From: an uncultured Thermococci archaeon
GTDB taxonomy: Archaea > Methanobacteriota_B > Thermococci > Methanofastidiosales > B48-G16
Length of the DNA stretch: 64,000 nucleotides
NCBI GenBank assembly: GCA_964595645.1
Contig: CAZQQT010000005.1
Coordinates: forward strand, 1-64,000
Reading direction: 5' to 3'
In this document: positions 11,398 through 20,154 of the stretch, piece by piece
Layout of the letters: each line of letters starts with the position of its first letter
Numbering within the stretch: position 1 is the stretch's first letter
Translations under genes and position numbers: made by a program
Notes under the pieces: model-generated
Database searches by the model: none
Told to the model about the DNA's origin: nothing
What the model saw: the letters and a program-made list of their open reading frames with translations, nothing else

Positions 11398-11733
11398 ATG
11401 CTCTCCAAACAACGAATAGTACAGCTTGTGGGCATGACAGGGATTCTTCTTTCAATCGTGTACTATACGGTCATCGTCTCTTTTGTTAGTCATGGTGTCT
11501 TTACGAATGTGTCTACGTCAGAACTGTTCCAAATTCTCACTGGATTTTTCATCATGCTCTTCCTTAACCTCATTTTTGGTGTGTACTATATCTCACAGTA
11601 TGAGATCGTGAAAAAAATGGAAAGAAAGCTCCCAAAAATCGTGTCTGAGGTTAATCCTGATCTTTCGAGGGAGGAAAGAGAGGAGTATGCACAAAAAATA
11701 GCCTTAAAACTTCAGGAAATAATAAAAAAATGA
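11398..11733 (+). CDS. small 2-TM membrane protein with charged C-terminal tail (candidate CRISPR-repressed toxin or effector)
   Basis: 111-aa ORF with two hydrophobic helices and a TATA box upstream; function is inferred from context only. Confidence 0.75.
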   Translation: MLSKQRIVQLVGMTGILLSIVYYTVIVSFVSHGVFTNVSTSELFQILTGFFIMLFLNLIFGVYYISQYEIVKKMERKLPKIVSEVNPDLSREEREEYAQKIALKLQEIIKK

Positions 11734-11743
11734 TCCCTTCCGA

Positions 11744-11773
11744 ATTTCAATACTATTCTAGTTAAATGAAGAC
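11744..11773 (-). CRISPR. solitary perfect CRISPR repeat (crRNA-like unit)
   Basis: Exact copy of GTCTTCATTTAACTAGAATAGTATTGAAAT, 1.49 kb from array 1, followed on the minus strand by TCGGAAGGGATCA and T7. Confidence 0.95.
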
Positions 11774-11861
11774 TCATCCATCTCTTATCCTTCTTCATCG
11801 GTGTATGTGTCATCACTGGATCTACATCTGCTACCATAATCGCACCGTCATATACAGTTCT

Positions 11862-11890
11862 ACTTCAATGTTTAAATCATTTTCTAAGAC
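11862..11890 (-). repeat. possible degenerate CRISPR repeat (psi-repeat)
   Basis: GTCTTAGAAAATGATTTAAACATTGAAGT keeps the 5' GTCTT and the 3' ATTGAA-T of the consensus; same orientation, 88 nt upstream of the solitary repeat. Confidence 0.45.
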
Positions 11891-12536
11891 AAGGTTGGAC
11901 ATTCACACAATGTTCTACAAACAAAAAGATTGTCGAAGGCAATTTTAAAACACATTGAATTCTCCCCCAGGCTTACACTACCGTTTTATTAATATTTTTC
12001 TGCTTTATAATATACGCCGCTTGTAAGCGGGTAATGCGCGGGCGAACAGTTCGTAAACGTAAATGGAATTGTTTGACAATTGGGCTCTGAACACTCCTTC
12101 GTAACATCAAAATGTAAATGATACGTAATCGCACCTGATTTCCCACTCAATCCTACTGTATCTCCTGTATTTTTGTGATTGATCTATGTCTGTGAATAAA
12201 TCGGTATATGCGATATGGAGAATCTGAAGAAACTTATTTAAGTAGGGAGGATATTGGATAGAAGTGAACTCATGGAGGTAACGGGAGGATATTTAAAAAT
12301 AAGGTGAGAGATGAGAAGAGTAATAACAAGTGAGTTTCAGAACTCTCGCTCCCTGCACTTCTCGGTGCTATCGCACTACGTAACAACAAATGCACGACCT
12401 CGCTACACCTCGCTCAAATTCGCTGTCGATAGCTCCTTCTATCCACGAAACTTTATATCAAATGATGAGTTTAGAGATGATGAAGATGCCGTCCGTAAAC
12501 TTTATAATGAAGCTGTGATAACACTATAGTGATACT

Positions 12537-12776
12537 ATGTCTTCAATAAATGTGAAAATTCCAGAACGGTTGAAGGATGAGATAGATGATTACATCAAGG
12601 ATCATCCGTACTACCTCAGTAAGAGTGAACTGGTTCGAGATGCTATCCGCCATCTAATCCACAAAGAGCGTCGATTATCAGGAGAGGCCTTGAGAGTCAT
12701 AGCTGAGGGGAAGGAGCAGATAAAAAAAGATGAAGGAAAGACCCTCGCCGAAGTGAGGAAAGAATTGGATGGTTGA
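12537..12776 (+). CDS. ribbon-helix-helix (CopG/ParD-like) antitoxin
   Basis: INVKIP...YLSKSELVRDAIRHLI; overlaps the downstream toxin gene. Confidence 0.88.
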   Translation: MSSINVKIPERLKDEIDDYIKDHPYYLSKSELVRDAIRHLIHKERRLSGEALRVIAEGKEQIKKDEGKTLAEVRKELDG

Positions 12777-13026
12777 GATTTATTTTACTAATCCAGCGAA
12801 GGACCAGCTCGCCGACTTGGAGAAAAAAGTAAGGTTGAGAATATACTCAAAGTTAGAGGAAATAAAAGACTGGCCCGATCATTTTCTGAGACCATTGACA
12901 GGTTATCCTTATTTCCGTCTTCGAGTGGGGGAGTATAGAGTAATAATCGACTGGTATAAAGAGAGAGATCAACTATGGGTAGTAGCTGTAGGGCACAGGA
13001 AAAACATCTATGAAAACAATTTTTAA
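12769..13026 (+). CDS. relE: RelE/ParE family toxin
   Basis: FRLRVGEYRVI...VAVGHRKNIY motifs. Confidence 0.92.
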   Translation: MVEIYFTNPAKDQLADLEKKVRLRIYSKLEEIKDWPDHFLRPLTGYPYFRLRVGEYRVIIDWYKERDQLWVVAVGHRKNIYENNF

Positions 13027-13262
13027 GGAAGGTACACCATGACAACTTTATAGAAGCCTCTTCTCTCATTACCTACATTTTCGTCTTCAAGACAAAATAA
13101 CAGCGTCTATCTGGTTTTCCTCCTGAGTTCACTAATTGTCTTCGGCGAACTTCTTTTATCTGCGAAACGTTAGAAAAATAAAACAACAATCGTTCACTAT
13201 CAAATCCTTCTTAACTCAATAACGACTGGGACCTCACCTCTTTTTTTCTTTTTGGACCCCGA

Positions 13263-14551
13263 ATTTCAATACTATTCTAGTTAAATGAAGACAAACTTAT
13301 ATATGAAAGAAAAGGAAATATCATCTTCATTTCAATACTATTCTAGTTAAATGAAGACTAGAAGAAACGCGTACTCTCTATAAACATGACTTTTATTTCA
13401 ATACTATTCTAGTTAAATGAAGACGAAGTACAGCTAGAGTTTGAAGATGTAAATAGTCAAATTTCAATACTATTCTAGTTAAATGAAGACTAGGAAAAAA
13501 AATAAATCACCAAGTTATGTTTGCATATTTCAATACTATTCTAGTTAAATGAAGACAAGAAAGAAATAACCACCTTTCTGAATCACATCATTATTTCAAT
13601 ACTATTCTAGTTAAATGAAGACAAATTTTACCGTTGTCATATTATCACCTAAGATGCCATTTCAATACTATTCTAGTTAAATGAAGACGGAGTTCGAACC
13701 ATACAAAGAACTCATCGATGGAATATTTCAATACTATTCTAGTTAAATGAAGACATATCTCCTGGCTCCAGTTCCCGACATCTGTCTGCAATTTCAATAC
13801 TATTCTAGTTAAATGAAGACTGGAGAGATGAAATGACAAAGTTTATGATGCAATTATTTCAATACTATTCTAGTTAAATGAAGACCAACACCTGGCAACA
13901 CTTTTTGATGAAGGGCGAGTTCATTTCAATACTATTCTAGTTAAATGAAGACTCTACATAATTCTTTGTCGCCGCATCCTGTGCACTAGATTTCAATACT
14001 ATTCTAGTTAAATGAAGACTTGCATTATATCTGTTGCAATATTATCAGGAGTATCAATTTCAATACTATTCTAGTTAAATGAAGACAAAGTGAAAACTTA
14101 GTAAATATTTTCTTTGAAAATTATTTCAATACTATTCTAGTTAAATGAAGACTTGGTGGAGCAGGAGAATATGATACAGCCTTTGAAGATTTCAATACTA
14201 TTCTAGTTAAATGAAGACGTAGCACAAGAAAAATAGGCCCTAGTTTTGTCGCCAATTTCAATACTATTCTAGTTAAATGAAGACACGACAGGAAGCACAG
14301 CGGGCAGGACGGGTGATGCAATTTCAATACTATTCTAGTTAAATGAAGACGCGTGCTCTGGAATACTTTTTTTGAAGATAAAGATCATTTCAATACTATT
14401 CTAGTTAAATGAAGACGACTTTCTTGGGTTGCTCGCCGAGGAGTTAGAGATGGATTTCAATACTATTCTAGTTAAATGAAGACTCGAAAGGGATTCTACG
14501 AGATCCTCAATTACATAGCTGATTTCAATACTATTCTAGTTAAATGAAGAC
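13263..14551 (-). CRISPR. CRISPR array 1: 20 identical 30-nt repeats, 19 spacers (35-38 nt)
   Basis: ATTTCAATACTATTCTAGTTAAATGAAGAC repeated on the + strand. Orientation from the ATTGAAAT 3' handle and the leader on the right. Confidence 0.99.
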
Positions 14552-14665
14552 CTGCCTCACAGGCACTATACTGTAGGATTCAAGGTATATAAGGTTTCCG
14601 ATCGTGATTTGCCCAACCTCACAGATCCTCGTCATTTATAAAGGCTGGGACAGAGGAAAAATTCT
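14552..14665 (-). promoter_or_regulatory. CRISPR leader 1 with BRE/TATA (CGGAAACCTTATATA on the minus strand)
   Basis: Highly similar to 42851-42951, next to array 2. Confidence 0.9.
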
Positions 14666-14666
14666 T

Positions 14667-15677
14667 TCATTTCGATTTTTTAGAGTTGAACATCCAGATT
14701 CCGTAATCTCCGATTACTATTTCTCCACCATAATTTTCTGGATTGAATGTTTTCCCCTCTTCAACTGTTGTATTGGAAGAGTTTTTAAGAACAAATTCAG
14801 ATCCGGGTACCAAACCGATACCGCCAAAGGAAGTGTGGTGTCCTACCCCTCCGTCTTTTCCCCATTCTCTTCCCACTAATGGTTCTAAGTCACCTTTCAT
14901 AGAGGTAACCTTTCCAAAATGTTCTTTCCCATTCTCCTCTTTTATTAACAGATGCGAAAGCGTAATGAGTGCTTCTTTTCCAATTTCGATTGTCGGACGA
15001 TCCGTATCTAGATCCACGTTGATCTTGTCGAATATTCGTACTTCCCCCTCTTGTTCAGTTTCATACGGGTTATTGAACAACTCTATTCTTCCATACCCAT
15101 AATTTCGTTCCCCGCCAACTTGTAACGTCGAGGTGCTCTCGAACAGATCATCAATCACACATTTTTCATTCTCAAAAATCTCTATTCTGTCACCATTTTT
15201 TCTCACTGAGTACTTCTCTTCCTCCCCCTCCTTGACGAGTAGATACCCTACGAGTGTAACCTTTTTATTCTCAATGTTGTGTTGCAGAAGCTCTATCTCG
15301 TGGAGACTTCCATCTTCTGCTGTCCCCGATGTTTTTTCTACTGCTGTAGAAACGTAGGAAGTGATATATTTACTCTCAAACGTTGATTGTTCCTTATTTC
15401 CATATTTGATTCCCTCTTCCGTGTAGATTGGATATAGAGCATTTTTATTCTCTAGAATGAAAAAGTAGCTAAAGATCAGGTTTTTCCTGACCAGATCTTT
15501 CAACGCTTTATAATTGGGATTCTCGATGGTCCGTCCAAGCTTCGCTGTCACTGCCCCCCACATGGTCTTTCCGGGGATGTAGTACCGCGTTCTGTCCACA
15601 ATGCCAAGTCTTGCACCATAGCCTATGTGGATAGGAGAGTTCACCCTGTATGTTAGCTCATAGGCCTTCCAGCTCAT
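14667..15677 (-). CDS. cmr3: type III-C Cas5-group RAMP Cmr3
   Basis: SPIHIG, YIPGKTMWGA, G-rich loop VGGERNYGYG; last gene of the cmr1-6-10-4-5-3 operon. Confidence 0.82.
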   Translation of the reverse strand: MSWKAYELTYRVNSPIHIGYGARLGIVDRTRYYIPGKTMWGAVTAKLGRTIENPNYKALKDLVRKNLIFSYFFILENKNALYPIYTEEGIKYGNKEQSTFESKYITSYVSTAVEKTSGTAEDGSLHEIELLQHNIENKKVTLVGYLLVKEGEEEKYSVRKNGDRIEIFENEKCVIDDLFESTSTLQVGGERNYGYGRIELFNNPYETEQEGEVRIFDKINVDLDTDRPTIEIGKEALITLSHLLIKEENGKEHFGKVTSMKGDLEPLVGREWGKDGGVGHHTSFGGIGLVPGSEFVLKNSSNTTVEEGKTFNPENYGGEIVIGDYGIWMFNSKKSK

Positions 15678-15678
15678 C

Positions 15679-16065
15679 TCAATCACTCAATGCCTTCGCA
15701 TGATATCTTGCGTAGATGAGTGTTTTTTCTATCAGAGCCTTTGCAAAGAGGAGAGTAGTGATGTCGTCTGCGAGAGATTTTATACTCTCCAACTCGTATT
15801 CTATTTTTTTATCTATAATCTCATCCAATAGGCTTATTGTCTCCTTTCCAATGGTGTCTTCGTTCTCCGATTTTAAATATACATAAAATGCAAAAACGCC
15901 ATTTTCTTGCAACACTCCTAAAGATTTGTTTATAGTATTCTCTATCTTCTTGGCTTTCTCTTTTCGTTTCTCCTCATTGGAGATATCTTTCACGTCTTCG
16001 AGCATTTTTATCGCATGTGAAAAACATTCTTTGTCCACATTCTTTTGTGTCATCTCACTCACCAT
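15679..16065 (-). CDS. cmr5: type III small subunit Cmr5 (Cas11)
   Basis: Small helical protein with LGVLQENGVFAF and LIYARYHAKAL; lies between cmr4 and cmr3. Confidence 0.82.
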   Translation of the reverse strand: MVSEMTQKNVDKECFSHAIKMLEDVKDISNEEKRKEKAKKIENTINKSLGVLQENGVFAFYVYLKSENEDTIGKETISLLDEIIDKKIEYELESIKSLADDITTLLFAKALIEKTLIYARYHAKALSD

Positions 16066-17077
16066 TGTTCGCATTGAGGATCTTAAACCGTCCGAATCCA
16101 CGGGTGCTCATGCCACCTACCCCGAGCGTTTCAAACAGCTCCAATCCTTTCCGCACTGTTTTTGTTGTCATATCAACGTCCATATTTTTATCATCTATTT
16201 TTTCTGAGATATCCGGGAAATTCGCAGGGTTCAGGAACGTGACGGTAAACGACAAGATCGTTCCCCGGGGGATCGCTTCATAGGTGAACAGTGCTTTTTC
16301 CTCCGCCGCACCCGTCTCTGGATCAATGGAAACGGAGGTTCTCACCTCGAGGTTTGAATTCACGATCTGTGCGAACAAACTGTCTGAGACGACTGCCAGA
16401 CGTTGGAGTACCTCATCTATCTTTGGGAGCTCTTTCAACTTTTTTCCGTTCTCCTTTTCGTTGTACTTCCACTTTTCAGGTTGTACATTAGAATTTTCTA
16501 TAGCTTCAAGATAGATCCATCCAAGATTTATTTTTCCCTCAGCTATCCGTTCATTTAGATCATCACAGAGCCACACTTTCTCTCTTATACCGTTGCCGTT
16601 TTTTGACGATAGCTCTTTTTTCAGTTGTTTCATACTATTTTTAGTTTCAAAATTTTCTATTAGCGATGGACATGTCGCCCAGACAGGCCCGATCATTGTA
16701 TGCACCGGGAAGAACAAGATTTGTGCGTCAGAGAACTGTGCCATGCCATGGAGTGACTTTTCCCTCGTTGAAAATCCATAGGTGATGCAGATCTCACAGT
16801 TACCGCACTGTTTTGTTCCCTTCTCCTCATTACTTTTCCCTGCACAATTGAGATATTCTTCTTTCTTCTCCTTTATTGATTCATTGTCGTTAATTAAACT
16901 ATAGGCAGAATATGTCCTTGCTGTCCCCTCGATACTGGATCCAAAGACTATTGGCAAATTCGTTGCAGGATCTCGTGCTATCGTATTGTCCACCCGTCCC
17001 AGCCGGTACCCACCGGTCCCGATATGTATAGGATCTAACGCCATTGCAAACTTTTTTTCTTCGTACGGCTTACTCAT
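16055..17077 (-). CDS. cmr4: type III backbone RNase Cmr4
   Basis: DPIHIGTG, GRVDNTIARD (catalytic Asp position), LFTYEAIPRG, GVGGMSTRGFG. Confidence 0.93.
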   Translation of the reverse strand: MSKPYEEKKFAMALDPIHIGTGGYRLGRVDNTIARDPATNLPIVFGSSIEGTARTYSAYSLINDNESIKEKKEEYLNCAGKSNEEKGTKQCGNCEICITYGFSTREKSLHGMAQFSDAQILFFPVHTMIGPVWATCPSLIENFETKNSMKQLKKELSSKNGNGIREKVWLCDDLNERIAEGKINLGWIYLEAIENSNVQPEKWKYNEKENGKKLKELPKIDEVLQRLAVVSDSLFAQIVNSNLEVRTSVSIDPETGAAEEKALFTYEAIPRGTILSFTVTFLNPANFPDISEKIDDKNMDVDMTTKTVRKGLELFETLGVGGMSTRGFGRFKILNANNGE

Positions 17078-20000
17078 TTCTTCTCATCTCCTAATTTCTC
17101 TTTTAAAATCGTGTGGTACAGCTCCTTCACATCGAAAAACATCCCTGACAGCACGGAGCTGTAGATTAGCTTGAACTCTTTACTTTCTTCACTTTCTTTA
17201 TCTTCTTTTTTATCCTCAATATCCAAAATATTTTTTATAGAGAATTTTATCAGCTCTTGAAACTCTTTATACTCTTTATTCTCCTCTAATTCTTCTAATT
17301 CCAACTGCCAGTCCTCTATTTTCCCGAGGAGGAGCGATTCGAAGTTATTCAACTGAGTGTTGTCAACATTGCAGTTTTGCAGTGTCTCCCATACCTCGAT
17401 GATCGTCTCGATCTCCTCGAGGTAGTATGGCCTCGGCCCTTTCTTTTTGAAGATGGGATGCGGCCGTGTGCCGGCAACGATATCGAACCGTCTTGTGTTG
17501 GAGTCCAGGAACTGGAAGTCGAAATGATTAGTAAAGACCTGTATTTTATCTCCTTCCTTAATCTTGTTGATATGTACGCTCTTTTCTCCATTTAAAAGGA
17601 AGTAGGGGTAATAAAAATCAGTAATTTCTCCATTTCCCAGCTTATTTCGAATCTTCCAAGCTATCTCCTTATTACCTATTTTCAGTGAAATTAATTTGCT
17701 TTCATTACAATTTTGCATATTGGAAATTTTTGTTTTCTCTTTTTCTAGTTCATCAAATATATCAATGAATCTTCTTCCAGAATCGAGTATTGAAAATGTA
17801 GGTGTCTTTTTTTTAGAGTAAATGCATCCAATGTTAAGGGATATCTTACCTAGCGATTTAGTAAATTTTGATTTGAAATCCTCTTTAATAGACTCAATTA
17901 ATTTGAAAGAGCTATTTGCAGGAATTAAAAACATAAAACTCGTGGGAGAAGAAATTATTTCTCTAAATTGTTTAAAATCAACGAACCTGAATTTTTTAAT
18001 TTCGTACTTTTTTTTCTCATTCTCATTTTTAATCTCGATAGTTTTTCCTTTAAAATTTATTTTTGATATTCCCACATGTGATTTTAGATAGTCTTTTTGT
18101 TTGACATCAGATGGATTCCTTTTATCAATTCGTTCTATGGTGAAAAATTCCTTCCCGTCAAAGAACACCTCGATCGTTCCAATATCAGGTATTTCAGCCT
18201 CGTATATCTTTCCTTCTTCAAGATCATGCACTATTTGAAAAATTAACCGTTTACCCTTTGGAACTATATTTCTACTCTTTTCTATCTGTCCCCGCGAAAA
18301 ATTTTGAAGTTCTCTCCAGGTTCTGTATAGTCGAGCTGGTGAAGGTGGTTTTGTTTCTATAGCATCTAAAATTTTCTCTTCTCCAATATCCGATCCAATT
18401 CTATAGTAAAACTCTCCTACTTTGCTTTTAGCTCCAATAAAAGTGGATTCTTTATCATTGAGTTTATCAAGTTCTCTCACTTTATTTTTAAATACTCTTT
18501 CACCCTGCACGGTGTTGGGATCCGTTTCTGATAACAATTTGGCAAACTTTGCAATAGCATTATCTTTAATATTGTTATACTCTTCTTCTGAGATATTGTT
18601 AAAATGTCTCCTAGCGAAAGGGTGCTCTTCCAGATCTTTCTTAGTTCTAATTTTTTGATATTTCAAGAATTTTCCGCTTAACCATTCTTTTAACGGTTCA
18701 AATCTTCCTGTAATTAAAGCTATTTTTCCATTGCTATCTGCGAGTTCATCTATCCATCTTGTTCCTCCTTCTCTATTTTTTTCCTTATCAGTTCCTCTCT
18801 TTTTTCTTGTTTCCCAACAAAATCTACATAGATAATCACTTTCTTTTCCTTTCCACTGGGGCATTTTTCCACAGAGAATACATTTGTCTTTATTTTTTAT
18901 TCCATTCCACGTTTTAATCCATTTAGGAGTGAAATTAGGTGGGGTTTCAATAGACTTTCGTCTTGCCTCTTTTTCACCTTTTTTCCTTAAGTTAGTTAAC
19001 TCCACCCCATAATACTTTAAATCGCATGATCTGTTTGTTATTGGAATAACTAATCCCATCGTTTTATCATTGAAAATATTATCTTGGATATATCTCTTAA
19101 GGTAATTAAAAGAATCGTTTTTAATTGGAGGAACTAAAAAACATAGGTGATTTTCATCTTTATAAATGCAGTTCCCAAGCGGATAATCTACTTCAAGTAA
19201 ATTTTTGATCTCTTTTCTAACTTCGTTCATGATTGCTTTCCTTCCACTCACATCCAAAAGGTTTTCCCCTTGAGAAATAAAGTTGATACTGTCGAAGGAG
19301 ACAATCAATAAATTTAAGTCCATAGGATCTTCAAAATGATGAGTGTTTCTATCAGGTTCAAATTCTGATATTAATCTATCGTTTAAAATACATTTTGAAA
19401 CAATAGATTTTGAGATGGTACCAGTCATGAAACCGTGATCAAAAAGGGTTACATCATTGCTTGAACGATAGGTACTGGCAACTCCTTCTTTGAAAACTCC
19501 AACTGCCTTTACTATCTTTTCATGAAAATTGTTCCAGTCCACATTCTCTTTAATCTTTTCTTGAGAATCAACAATCAAAGTTTTTGAAAATAAGGCATCT
19601 AAGTTATTATATACTCCCTCTCTTTTTTCATTGAATTTCTCTTTTTTAAGCTTTTTTTCATTCCCAAAAACGGATGCTACAAATTCCTCTTGCATAGCGA
19701 TTGCTTTTCCTCTATCCTCTGAACTATCTTTCTTGTCCGCCAGATTTATTATTTCTTCTACCCAATTCTGAGGCCAATATTCTACATTTCTAGGATTGCC
19801 TTCACTATTCCACTTCCGATGGTGTCTTTGAAATCCTTTAACTTTAATTTCGCGATTTTTTACTTTTTCTAGAATATTCTCCGATATCTTGCTATTGAGC
19901 AATCTTTCAAAATCTGCATTAAATAATTTAATTATTCTCCGTGGAACGTTTACGTGAGTTCTACCATTCTCTTCTTCGCGTTCCTCTGTAAATTTCACAT

Positions 20001-20154
20001 CGCCGTCATATCTTTTATAGTGGCATTTGTGAAGTTCAGAAGATAGTTTTCCAATATCATGCAAAAATCCCATCAATTCAACCAATAAAATTAATGCTCG
20101 ATTATCTTGCAACTTTTTTAGTTCGTTTGGGATATTCTTACTCTCTGTATTCAT
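17074..20154 (-). CDS. cas10: type III-C Cas10 (Csx11/MTH326-like): HD domain, Zn finger, degenerate palm
   Basis: LHDIGK, HH and LADKKDS HD motifs; CILC...CRFC; SPARLYRTW; no GGDD (SSPTSF at the expected position). Confidence 0.88.
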   Translation of the reverse strand: MNTESKNIPNELKKLQDNRALILLVELMGFLHDIGKLSSELHKCHYKRYDGDVKFTEEREEENGRTHVNVPRRIIKLFNADFERLLNSKISENILEKVKNREIKVKGFQRHHRKWNSEGNPRNVEYWPQNWVEEIINLADKKDSSEDRGKAIAMQEEFVASVFGNEKKLKKEKFNEKREGVYNNLDALFSKTLIVDSQEKIKENVDWNNFHEKIVKAVGVFKEGVASTYRSSNDVTLFDHGFMTGTISKSIVSKCILNDRLISEFEPDRNTHHFEDPMDLNLLIVSFDSINFISQGENLLDVSGRKAIMNEVRKEIKNLLEVDYPLGNCIYKDENHLCFLVPPIKNDSFNYLKRYIQDNIFNDKTMGLVIPITNRSCDLKYYGVELTNLRKKGEKEARRKSIETPPNFTPKWIKTWNGIKNKDKCILCGKMPQWKGKESDYLCRFCWETRKKRGTDKEKNREGGTRWIDELADSNGKIALITGRFEPLKEWLSGKFLKYQKIRTKKDLEEHPFARRHFNNISEEEYNNIKDNAIAKFAKLLSETDPNTVQGERVFKNKVRELDKLNDKESTFIGAKSKVGEFYYRIGSDIGEEKILDAIETKPPSPARLYRTWRELQNFSRGQIEKSRNIVPKGKRLIFQIVHDLEEGKIYEAEIPDIGTIEVFFDGKEFFTIERIDKRNPSDVKQKDYLKSHVGISKINFKGKTIEIKNENEKKKYEIKKFRFVDFKQFREIISSPTSFMFLIPANSSFKLIESIKEDFKSKFTKSLGKISLNIGCIYSKKKTPTFSILDSGRRFIDIFDELEKEKTKISNMQNCNESKLISLKIGNKEIAWKIRNKLGNGEITDFYYPYFLLNGEKSVHINKIKEGDKIQVFTNHFDFQFLDSNTRRFDIVAGTRPHPIFKKKGPRPYYLEEIETIIEVWETLQNCNVDNTQLNNFESLLLGKIEDWQLELEELEENKEYKEFQELIKFSIKNILDIEDKKEDKESEESKEFKLIYSSVLSGMFFDVKELYHTILKEKLGDEKK

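Noticed and set aside
12311-12529. 72-aa ORF upstream of the antitoxin
   Set aside because: Runs through the attC-like sequence and has no protein features.
13230-13262. Sequence after the last repeat of array 1 (TCGGGGTCCAAA on minus) as another regulatory guide
   Set aside because: No matching target found in the window; only a loose resemblance to a tRNA T-arm.
13645-14327. ORFs with repeated LHLTRIVLK (also at 39233, 40180, 41908)
   Set aside because: Translations of the CRISPR repeat, not proteins.
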